64,000 bases of DNA from Anthoceros angustus (lineage: Eukaryota; Plantae; Anthocerotophyta). Below the pieces are notes generated by a model. The model was not told where the DNA came from. It ran no database searches and saw only the letters and a list, made by a program, of their open reading frames with translations. Where the stretch lies: positions 1-64,000 of the forward strand of contig MU008190.1 of assembly GCA_010909165.1 (NCBI GenBank), written 5' to 3'. Positions 21,727 through 32,560 of this stretch are shown here, piece after piece (positions within the stretch are counted from its first letter, which is position 1; every line of letters begins with the position of its first letter). Made by a program: the position numbers and the translations under genes.

Positions 21727-24700
21727 TTAGGATCCAGACGGCCTAGCCACTGAAGCAAGTGATAACTCCTTTAACTGTCGGGCGTCAACTGACGATGGAG
21801 TGTTCGTCAGGAGACACTGTGCTTTGGTAGTCTTGGGAAATGCTATGACGTCCCTAATTGATTTCTCCTCCGCTAGAAGCATTACGAGACGATCTATCCC
21901 AAAAGCAATGCCACCTACGAGGAAACCACGACATGTTAGTGAGATGATCCATGATCAGTACGTCACAGTGACAGGAAGCAGGAGATCCTAGCCTCAGACT
22001 CTCACCATGTGGGGGGGCACCTAAATCCAAAGCCTCAAGGAGGTAACCGAATTTTTCTTCGGCCTGACACAGCACACAGAATGGTAAGACTGTGGGTTAT
22101 GAAGATGCAAAGACGTCAACAAATCCATTGAGCAGGAAATGACCTCAGACATGGTGAGCCCTACGGCCTCCAGCACCTTCTCCTGAATTTCCCGCCTGTA
22201 AATTCTCAAACTTCCGCCTCCAATCTGGGAGATGAAAGGTAAACAGGTTCCAAATCCGTAACCGAGGGTGCAGACTGATGTACATCTGAACACTTGACAG
22301 TCGATATTGGTAAAGACGCTCAAGAGCAAAAATAAATACCTCAACACCGTTGTAGACCATATCATAAGCCAGAGCTCTAGCAGTTTTCAAATTGCTCATG
22401 TCGTCTGGATTCGGTGCAGTAAATGGATGGTGAAGAGCCTGGCAGATACCATGTCAGCCATCCCGCGATAGACAGCCAAAACACTAGAATATGGCCTCCC
22501 GGAGGTTAACCTACCTCAAGGCGCTGCTCAGATTCATTCCATTCGAACATAGGAAAGTCTGTGACCCAGAGGATAGCATGGGCTGACTGCATTGCAACAA
22601 CGGAATGTTAGTAAAAAACTCTTCTCCGAAGACAGCATACACAGAAGAGAGACATCAAAAAGTGGAGGCTATGGTAAGCTGGGCATTCCAGGGCTTTTGA
22701 AGATCCGAAAGCCCTCAGTCCGGACCTGATCAATTAAATCCAAGTTCCCAGCAAGATAACTTCGAAGCCTTCCCAGTGTCTTATTAACTGCAGCATTTGG
22801 GCCTGCAGCGAACAATATAAGGTCGCCAGCCTGAGCTTGTGACCTAGATAACAAGATCTCTGTTTGTTCTGTGCTCAAACTTGATGTGATAGCTGCCAGG
22901 CCCTCAAGTTTTCCTGAAAACAAGGAGACCTTGTAATAATTTAGAATACGAGCAAAGTAGCGGAACCAATTCTTAGTACGCATGTCCCTCTTAAGCAGAA
23001 TGCATCAACATTTCGAGTGGCTAAGTGATAACACCTGAGTCTACCACTTTGAGGAATGGAAGTCCCTTCGCTCCTGACTGCAGCGCCTCTCCTAGAACAT
23101 CTCCCTTCTTCAGCCGAGTAGCTGATATCTTGTTGGATCCACCAGGTACTGAGATAGCCTTCACAACTCCACCATTCGCAATCGCATTTGCAAAAACCAG
23201 GAAAGTAGAATTCGCAAATATATCTGACAACTGTCGTATGGAAACGTTTACAAGGTCATAAAAAGTACAGATATGCTTCCTATCTTACAACCGTTGGAAA
23301 TAACAATGGCGGACGGTACCTCCAGGAGCTCCATCCCGAAACGTAAGTCTGGCTTGTCAGATCCAAACCGTCCCATAGCCTGGGCATAGGTCAACCTTGG
23401 AAATGGATCAGGAAGCTCGACTTGCCTGACTTCTCGAAACACCTGGAAACAGCCGCAGGACATGTTGTCAGACTGCTTGGTCTGAGAGCCATCAGAAATA
23501 CACAGGCCAGTTTACTCACAATTCTTATCAAGTCCTCATTCAGTTTCAGCATATCCTCCAAGGGTGTGAAAGCTAACTCCATATCCAGCTGTGTAAACTC
23601 CGGTTGTCTATCAGCTCTCAGATCTTCGTCCCGGAAACACCTGAATGAACATGGACATCGTATCAACAGCTCAAGGTTGAAGATGCAAGCACATACTGAA
23701 TGCAATCCCATTGACAGTAGTCATGCATGTTCCCACCTTGCTAACTGATAGTATCTGTCAAACCCAGAAACCATCAGCATCTGCTTGAACAATTGAGGAC
23801 TCTGCGGCAAGGCGTAGAATTCTCCAGGCTACACAAGAGGCATAATACTTTGGTGAATTGCCTACCACAGTAAAATGCAAATGGAAGCAAAGGCTCAAAT
23901 ATCTGGTGACCTACCTGAACACGTGATGGGACGAGATAATCACGGGCTCCTTCAGGTGTCGATCTTGAAAGTATAGGAGTCTCAATCTGAAACGGTGGAG
24001 CTCACAATGAGGCTCACAGACGATTGAACAAAAGGAGCTTCACAGAACCTGAGGGATGAGTGAACAGCTACAGCTCACACTGACCTCAACAAAATCGTGC
24101 ACGTCCTCCAAGAACCTTCTCATGATCTTTATCACCCTGTGCCGGTTTCTAAGGTTTCTGTTCATTTGCAACCGCCGTAGATCCAGATGCCTATACCTGT
24201 AGCATCCAGGGCACTTGTGAAGAGCTGAAACTTTGGTTGCCCCCAGCTTACCACTAATGAGATTATACCAAGCATCTGATACAAGGAGCGATATTCACCT
24301 AAGGCGTGTTTCCTCTGTAATAACATCCTCCGCATCCTCTGCAGTCGTGACCAGGAAGGGTAGAGCTACTCTCACCGGATTCAGCAATTGAATTCTGTCA
24401 GCCACAACCTGCAAGCTCCAAGGACTGATGCTTCAAATCAATCACCGTCTACAAAGACACTTTCCATGACCCGTGCAAAAGGGTGTTGGAGATACCTCAA
24501 CTACACCTGTGGCCATTCGTTTGTTCACAACCTCATCAGGTCGTCGGTGCACTACTCCTTCAATCGCGAGCACATACTCAATCCGGACACGCTCGGCTGC
24601 CAAATGCACCTCCGGAAATCTATCAGAGTCACTTTTCACCTGCCATCTTGCGCACAGATTATACGTTCAGTGGGAGCGCCCGTCAGACCAATGCAACACT

Positions 24701-25136
24701 GAAAAGCCTGCGAGCTGAATTAACGAGAGTTCCACGTGACAGTCACCTGCACAATTCCGGTGTGGTCCCGGAGATTGACAAACGCAATAGTCCCATGGTT
24801 GCGCTGCGATGCAACCCAGCCGCAGAGACGCACCCTCTCCCCCACGTTCTCCTCGCACAAGCTGCCACAGAAATGGGTGCGGCTGGTCCACTCCAGCACC
24901 TCGGACAGCGGTAGCGCATTGGCGGCGTGCGGTTTGGCAGGAGCAGCAGTGGCCTCCACAGGCAGAGCTTGGGATCGGCAGCTGTGATGCCGCATGCCCA
25001 GAGACGGTGGGAGTCCGGTCACTCGCCATGGCCGGATGCGCTGAAGCTGGCTGCACCTGCGGAGTTGGCGAGCTTGCAGCACTGCCATGGCAGCTGCTGC
25101 CGTGGCCTGCGCACGGGGACAGACTTTGGCCGCCAT
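21727..25136 (-). CDS. Organellar (bacterial-type) aspartyl-tRNA synthetase, multi-exon
   Basis: Transit-like N-terminus; RTHFCGSL...[25 protein letters not shown]; [25 protein letters not shown]; [21 protein letters not shown]; [14 protein letters not shown]; [19 protein letters not shown]...DVIAFPKT. Many ~80-110 nt GT-AG introns; stop at 21727-21729. Confidence 0.93.
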
Positions 25137-25345
25137 CGCTCTCAGGACCGATAACCACAACCACAGAAGAAGAAAGCTTGAGCTTCTGCTTCGTTCATCT
25201 CAAAATAAATAAACTACAGCTCCAAGCCACACGACAATTGGATTTGCAGCAGGCAGCTGAACTAGCCTAAAATTTTGAGATCCTGGCACACTGCAATGTT
25301 CCTAATGGTTCTGTGCTCCGCCCAATTCAGTCTGATGATGAGAGC

Positions 25346-27490
25346 TCAGAAAATGATTAGGACATTGTTCTCGAAGCCTTGGTCGTAGACGATGGGTCGT
25401 TGGGGGTCTACCCTCCACGATCCGTCCACCACAAACTTGATCTGGAATTTCATCAAACAAGTGAAACAAGCTTAGGGGGTAGTCAAGTCAGTGTGAGGAT
25501 CCTGGAAGTGACGGTTTGCTGATGGATGCTGACTTCCTACCTCGTAACGCCCAGGGTAAAGCTCCAGTTTGGCTACAAAAACGCCTGCGTTGCTTTTTTT
25601 CATTTTCACCTGGAAGGTTACACAGAGATGTCATCTTCTCCCTGCTACAACTACAGGGTTGTCAACCAAAAGCTTCCGCCGGTCATTTCCGGACAGGTGC
25701 TGGACGACAGAATTACCTGAGAACTCCAACCATTGAACGACCCTGCAACAGCCACCTCCCTACCGGCATTCGGCCACACAACTTTTGCTGTTCGCTTTAA
25801 CGCAGGTAGCCCCGTTCCAATAGTCTCTCGGCCTTCTTGCAACTTGCTCAAGTCATCGTCTTCGTTCCTGCATGATGAACTCCAATTGGTTGTATGAGCA
25901 CCATTATGTCTACTGCTCAACCACAATGTACTAACATATAATATGGGTCAGTGTGCCTTGTGGCCCTACATGACCTCCATGGACAATGCCTGTGATCTAG
26001 CCTTAGCATGGGAACCCCGCAGTGCAGATATCGTCTGCAACAGTTTGTCCTCCTTGAACTCCAGTGCATCTGAAGCTCTTTCAAGCTCGTCTGATGTTTT
26101 GGAATGGATCTGTTAAGAGAAGAACAGGAGACACACTTATCATACTTCACACAGTATAGGATCCAGAATGCCCCTGAAAGGCAGCTTGTGAACAGGATCA
26201 CTCTGGGGACACACCTCTCTACATGGGAGCAGCAAGAACCTTAGAAATTGCGTACCTCATTCAAATAATCTTCCGATTGAGATAGAGACGGTCTTCCAGA
26301 TAGCAACGCAGACTGGGTAGCCACAAGCTTAGACTGCAGCGTGCGTAGACGTGATGCAACAGAAAGCGGAGCCTCTGCTCCTGCAGCACTGTCCTTCATA
26401 GGTCCGGCACCGTCATTTGCCACAGTCTCTTCAGCCTGTTTCGATGCCAACTGTGACTCCACTATCCATCTCTCCCTTTCATTGGCCATGGCCCTTATCC
26501 AGTCTGGCATTGTATCACTACTCTGGGTACTACTTTCGCTACTACTGTCAGGCGCTGCATTCAGTGTTTGGCGAATCTTGTTGAGTGTTGCCATGGCTCT
26601 AGCAAGTCTGGTCTGGGATGCTTGTTTGCCACCACTGCTTCCTGTACCGTTTGTGGACTCGGGTGTCTTCACGACATTCTCAGCAGCAACCCCAGCTGAA
26701 GTTGTAGCTGCAGCTGGACTAGCATTCGTGGGCACTGTGCCCATATCATTGCTGTAGCTCGGGAAAGCCCTCCCATCCACTTTAGCCCCTTCTTTCCTTG
26801 TTGTGGAAGGAACTTCCTCCGCAATATCACCAACTTGGCTAGGTACTGCTCTGCTTCTGCCAAAATCACTCGAGCGATTAGCTCCCCCATTCCAAGACCT
26901 GCTTTCTCGGAATTCTTGCCCCTCGGACACCCTGGAGCCCGAAGTCTGGCTTTCCATGGAAACAGATGCTCCAAGTTCTGCCTGGCTTTCCGCAGAAGCC
27001 GGTGGATCAGCAGGAGCCTGACGTTGCATGGGACTCGATGGCTGAGCACTTTCCGGTCGGCTCCCGGAAAAACCACTAACTTTCTGCACTGATGGCTTTT
27101 CTTTCTTCCTTCTCTTGTCTGTTTTTTCTTTCCTCTTCTTACGTGCTGCGGCCGACTCTCCAGAGTTTCCTGCATCCAATTATGTGTCAAGCATGAGAGA
27201 TTTCCAGTAGACCTTAATGTGCCTTGAAAGAAACCATCCGCGCCCTTCCAAAGTGCCACGTACAATAAGATCAAGACTCAATGACCATGCTGTATATGCG
27301 GACAAGCAGAGATAGAACCTCTTGCTTGAAGCAGAAAGCTGTTTCCCTTTACATTGCCTTGCGGACTGTCCAAGTTCCAATGAGGCATTCCAAAAGAACT
27401 CATCCCAAGCGCATCCAAAGTGACAGCCCGCTTGTAATCCTCTGCCGCTGCAGAGGACAGGGTTCTAGCCTCCCCTTTCCTCACCCTGTG
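25346..27490 (-). CDS. PTST2: PROTEIN TARGETING TO STARCH 2 / FLO6-like (coiled coil plus CBM48), multi-exon; 5' end uncertain
   Basis: Exons encode DELERASDALEFKEDKLLQTISALR, RTAKVVWPNAGREVAVAGSFNGWSSQ, VKMKKSNAGVFVAKLELYPGRYE and IKFVVDGSWRVDPQRPIVYDQGFENNVLIIF*. A large low-complexity exon spans 26241-27170. Confidence 0.8.
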
Positions 27491-28020
27491 TAGATAGCTC
27501 ATGTGCTTCCCGTTCTTCCTCTGCCACTTCAAAACACACGCAACAGACAGCAATATCAGGAACTGTCCAAAGCTGCGAAGACTCGAACAAGAAAAGAACC
27601 ATCGCAAACCACGCAAGTGCTGACCTTAAATCTAAAGTCAAGAGCGACGGGACTCCAGGGCACAGAAGGAACCACCGAACAGTACCGCCTGCCCTGAGAC
27701 TGGATCGCCAGCTCCTCCTGACCTGCTGCCCCCGTCCCTAGCATTATCCCTTGCCTGCTATCTCCCATCCACCGCAGCTGATCCCTATAACAAGAAATAA
27801 CAAACACGACCGCGGACCCCAACACTCGCGCCAGAAGCAGGCCAGCTGCCACACGAATCCACGCTAACTCCTGCCGCTGCTGCCCTGCCTCCATTCTCCT
27901 ACGAGCCGAAACCGAAGCCAAACTCAAATGCAAGTCCAGCGTCGGCGTCCTCCTCCCCGGATCCTCCCGTGCCTCGCACTCCTCACTCCCAAGAAATTCC
28001 TCACAACCCAAGCCTGCTCC

Positions 28021-28572
28021 TCACCGCCGCCACAGCCGGCCCCACCACCCGCGCCCATGCTGCACCCGCCCCGCGTCCAGCGGCACCTCCTTTTTCCAAA
28101 TCCCGGCCAGCCCGGGATACGCCTGCAGCATCGCCAGAACCTCCTCCACGCCCTCCTCCGCGCCGCAAATGCTGCCATTGATCCCGTCCGCCCCGACCAC
28201 AATATCTCCAACCACGTCCCTGGCATCGCAGAGCTCCCGGAGCGGCCGCCGCAATGCCTCGTACCCCGGCAGCTCCACAACCTTGTAGAAGGAGACGGCC
28301 TTGAGCTTGCCCCGGCCTTGCGCCAGGCATCGGGGCCACCAATTGGCCTCCCCAGGCCCGGCCCAGCTGCTGCCCCCGCCTAGCCCTGCATTGGCCAACC
28401 CCAGGCCCGCAGATGCAACGCCACAATGGAGCCTGGAGCTGGACCCCCAGCCGGAGCCGGAGCCGGAGCCGGAGCTGGAGCAGGGGGAAGAACAGCAAGG
28501 AAGACAAGGCCTCTGTTGCAGCAGCAGCCGGGAGTCGGTTCCCCCAGCGAGCCTGGCTAAGCTGGCATCCAT
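28021..28572 (-). CDS. Stand-alone UPF0176 acylphosphatase-like N-terminal domain (STR7/TrhO-like) with a transit-like leader; no rhodanese domain
   Basis: AVSFYKVVELPGYEALRRPLRELCDARDVVGDIVVGADGINGSICGAEEGVEEVLAML matches the N-domain of TrhO/STR7 (VSFYKF...LRKPLK.LC...GGIILAPEGINGSICG...VEKVL). Confidence 0.65.
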   Translation of the reverse strand: MDASLARLAGGTDSRLLLQQRPCLPCCSSPCSSSGSGSGSGWGSSSRLHCGVASAGLGLANAGLGGGSSWAGPGEANWWPRCLAQGRGKLKAVSFYKVVELPGYEALRRPLRELCDARDVVGDIVVGADGINGSICGAEEGVEEVLAMLQAYPGLAGIWKKEVPLDAGRVQHGRGWWGRLWRR

Positions 28573-28954
28573 GGCATGACTCTCTCAGGCGGCGCCGCTG
28601 CAGCTCCTGGATTTCCTCCTCGCCCTCCTCCAAATCAAGACCCGGCCGGGCCGGCGAGCCTGGCGATTAAACAACTGTACACTTTTTCCGCCTCCTCTCA
28701 CCGCCTCCACAAACAGATAGACGCAGGGCGGCCGATCGTGGGCTGCACGCTCGCAAGCCGTGTTTCGCCTTTCTCATTTGAACTGTCGCTCGGAATTGGC
28801 GCGACCACATAGAAAGACACATTGGGCCGGTACTCGAGCTATGTACATACGCTGTTCATATTACAACACATAGATACATATGAAGATGCAATATCGGCAC
28901 AAATATCTGTGATCCAGATTCCAAGAGTAGCTACATACATTCCCATCTCTTCTT

Positions 28955-29005
28955 CTGGCTGCTGGCTGCTGGCTGCTGGCTGCTGGCTGCTGCCTGCTGC
29001 CTGCT
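28955..29005. repeat. (GGCTGCT)n minisatellite
   Basis: tggctgctggctgctggctgctggctgctggctgctgcctgctgcctgc. Confidence 0.85.
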
Positions 29006-29779
29006 TGTGTGTGTTCGTTGCTGTAATTCTTTTTCGCGTATTTTAATGTTAGATACGTGGTGGGGACTGGACTGGGCTGGGCTGGTTGTGTGCCATCCTT
29101 GTCTTCAGAAGTCTGCAGATGACGCTGTGGGGACTACCAAACTTGACAGCAACACGCGGATGGGTTTGCTTGGAGAACATGGACACGTGGAGAAAATGAG
29201 CAGAGCTATGGCGCCCATTTTGGAGCCAGCCAATCTGGTGCTGCTGCTGGAGCGGCTGTTCGCAGGTGGATCACCATGGGTGCCGTGCTACACATGTCAT
29301 GGTGCTGCTTTTTGTGACATAAAGAGAGTCCAGTCTCTTCGGTATTACCCAAATTGCCTCTGCACAGAAACTGCTGACAGGCCGTCTCGAAGGGTATATT
29401 CAGTTGAATTCCGTCACACATAACGAATGCACAGGAACAAGTGCACATGCTGAGACAAACAGGGACAGGCAAGCTTCGGAGCTTGCCTCTTTAAGAAACC
29501 CTGTCTGACCAGGTTACCCGGGACACGAGTAACTTTACCGGAGCAAGCCTAGCTCCCAATCTGCTGTGAAGCCCTTACAGTGTTATCCTCATGTACACGC
29601 TGATCTGCGAACAGTCGATAGAAAAGGTTGATAGGAACAGGACCTGAATGGCCGGCTGATGCCACGAGTTGTGTACATATGCTGCACGGCAGGTAACCCC
29701 AAGCGGTCCCATGGTAGGTGAGCTTCTGTATTCTGTAAAGGCCCTTTGGTAGCCTCCAACGTACTGTGGCTAGGGGCTG

Positions 29780-30156
29780 CAGCTTCCCTTGCACAAATCA
29801 TCCAACTTGGAAAATGTCACAAGCTTCCGCTTCGCATCCCCAAGTTTAAATGTCTGTCCACCAACTGACCTGGTAGGTAGCTTCCATGCCCAGATTCATA
29901 TTGTCCTCGCCTGGAGGCTGGATCTCCTGTGCCTGCTCTCACATGTATCGCATCCGTGGCATATGTTCCACAACAGATAAGCTGCGGCATCCCTCCCGTC
30001 CAGCTTCACTGCCTCCCCAAAGGCATGCCGTCCCACCTCCACGCTGCTCCACTTTCGACAGGCACCCAAAAGAGTGCTTGCCACACTGTAGCACCCACCA
30101 GTGCAGGCATTGCCCTTACCAACGCTAGGGCCTCCTCCTGACCACGCTGACACCAC
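29780..30156 (-). pseudogene. PPR E/E+ domain relic
   Basis: TLLGACRKWSSVEVGRHAFGEAVKLDGRDAAAYLL followed by AWKLPTRSVGGQTFKLGD; broken by frameshifts and stops. Confidence 0.65.
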
Positions 30157-30164
30157 CCAGCACG

Positions 30165-30240
30165 TGGGGTTCGCATTCGGAGGACAGCATAGGGTCCTTA
30201 CGGCCGTGGAGGAAGGACAAGCTTCTCCACTCTTGTATGG
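30165..30240 (+). repeat. Inverted fragment of the CHAT gene 5' coding region
   Basis: The + strand reads GFAFGGQHRVLTAVEEGQASPLLY, versus VFAFGGRHRVLTAVEELREVPLLLY in the minus-strand CHAT ORF. Confidence 0.8.
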
Positions 30241-30269
30241 GCCCGGACGCAGGGGAAGGTAAGATACGT

Positions 30270-32045
30270 AGGCCCTTCAAAATTTTCAACAGCCTCCGTT
30301 TCTCGGCCGCAAGAGAGCAGTGCTACTCGCCGGAGCTTGTCTAGAGCCTGGTTCGTCCGTTTCAACATGCCACCAGGAACGCACGGTTTCCGACCTGTCG
30401 CTGATGGTCCGCATCGCCTCTGAGTAAGAGCTATGAGTCACCAGGGCCATGCATACGGGGGCCAAAAGGATGGGCACATGCGCCTGCCCGCTACAATCCC
30501 GAAGCATGGCATGTTTCCGCAGCAGGGTTTCCACCCACGTGATGCCCTACTCAACTTTCATCGTGATGGAAGACGTGATAATCGCCCCTGCCACCTCCGA
30601 GCCTGTAGAACCTACGGCGAGGTTGACGGCCTGGTGCAGTATTACTAGCAGGTCACGCATCTCCAGGCACACAACCAAAATCGACTCCTCTTCGTCTCCA
30701 CACGCGATGAGCTCGTCAGCTAGCACATGGGGACGAAGCCTCACCCACCCATCAAGTGCCGGTGACAATGCTTCCAACATAAGCTTGAGCTTCGCTGCCA
30801 GTGGCCGCACAATCACACGTTTCCCAAACTTGTCCCCAACACCGTCACGCTCCCAAAACTCCTCCTCTGTAGTGCAGTGCTCCTTGCAGAAAGAGATATA
30901 CGAGAGTCGAGGAACTTCTGCCGGAAGAACCCCATGGTGTCCGCCCTTACCCTTGCCCCTGCCATGATTGACTTGTACTGCAGTTGGAAACTCCATGGCA
31001 ACCTGTCTGTAGACTGAAGGCCAGTAGCTGAATGTAGAGCTCGAAGATGGTTCCACGAACCGGAAGATCAACCTTGGAAGCTTCCTAGCATCCTAATACT
31101 CAGGACTGCCTTGCAAGTCCTGGCACCTACATGTATTGCTGAACCCCGTTGCCCACCCTGTTGACGTGGACCATGCGCTTCTCGGCTGGCCGGCAGATGC
31201 CTTTACACACGCTACCCGGCTGGCTGTCGCCGACAAGAGACTGTGGAGTTGCTAAGCAATACCGGAGACGGAACCAGCCAAGCCGCCGTGAGTTGGCAGA
31301 ACCTCAGTAATTCCATCAGATTGGGTTCTTGCAAGGCTGTCCGGCTATTCCCCGATGAGGATGGAGCTTTACTGAAAGGGCGTCCTGACATGGACGACTC
31401 TGTCCCAACCCTGGGCCAGCACGAAGCGGACACAACACGAGCAATCATGAATAGTACCTGGATTTAAGACTTGGGAGCCTTCTTTAATGTTAATCCACCA
31501 CCCACGCACACTACCAAGACTGACGTATGTCTCACTGGAACTGTTACACATCCAGACCTTAGCCACGGAAAGGTCAAGTCCCATCTCACGAGCTTGGGAC
31601 ATACAGTGAGTTAGTGGAGTTCCACCTCTGTAACAGCTGGTTGTAGGAGTATGCCCATGGCACTCCAGCCACATTCATTCTTTCCATCGTGCAGTCATTC
31701 AGCAATACTAAGAATCAAACTCTTCAAACTGTCGCATGTTATCCAGTCACGTTCTATGTCATGTTATGCATACGTACACAGGAGGTGGAGCCTATGCCCT
31801 GATGGGTCCAGTTGGGCGTGCAAGGCCTCTGCAAGGCCTGGGGTGTCAGGTGACCATGCTGGAGGCTCAGCTGCAGGTTGGGATGACGATGCCGTGGGCT
31901 TCTATGTTTCTGGGGATTCCTGGAAAAAGGTGGGTTTCGCTCTTCTTATTCACCTTGGTATCTGACAGATCAAAGGAATTGGAAATAAAACTGTGAATCT
32001 GTTTGTAACCTGCATCTTGGGTTGTGTTGGTGGCGGATTACTTCT
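30270..32045 (-). pseudogene. Truncated paralogue of the CHAT gene (N-terminal ~240 codons plus ~1 kb upstream)
   Basis: Collinear with 35117-36960. ATG at 30996 (MEFPTAVQVN); premature TAG at 30547-30549 (MKVE* versus MKVLW); similarity ends near 30270, before the CHAT domain. Confidence 0.88.
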
Positions 32046-32141
32046 GGAGAAATTGAATCATGGGACATCAAAAATTTAGGCAAGGAGGGGAAACTGGAGA
32101 AGGCACTGTTGCATGGATGAGCAGGGTAGTGTGAGGCCAAA

Positions 32142-32300
32142 GTGGTACATGTTCATTTAGAAATATGTGGGCTGGAATTGAACAGACTTTTGGATGTCGT
32201 GGTAACCACGTTGGTGAACTGTGGAGGCCTCGAGGATGGGCTGGAAGTGTTCCAGAGGTTGTCACAGAGACCTGTTGTCTCGTGGACTTTTTCCCGCCTA
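32142..32300 (+). pseudogene. PLS-class PPR repeat relic
   Basis: VHVHLEICGLELNRLL...VTTLVNCGGLEDGLEVFQRLSQRPVVSWT. Confidence 0.6.
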
Positions 32301-32560
32301 TTGTACACTTTACCAGGCAATGAATTCGCCGCTTGAACATTCTGTGCTACCTGTGTATTACGGCTGCTCCAAAATCGGGGTTCCCATTCGTGAACCTCCA
32401 TGAATGCAAATCCAAATCAAACGAAACCAAGCTTCATGCAGAGTAGCTGTCCGAAATCCTTTGTCGCTTTTGTGTGCGCACCCAACCTCTGCTAACCGAA
32501 GCTTGTGATCTGCCAATGGCAAGTACTTGGAGACAAGGCTTTCACACTTTGATCAAAATT

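Noticed and set aside
29480-29780. DYW or DYW:KP deaminase relic after the E+ fragment
   Set aside because: No HxE or CxxC motif could be reconstructed.
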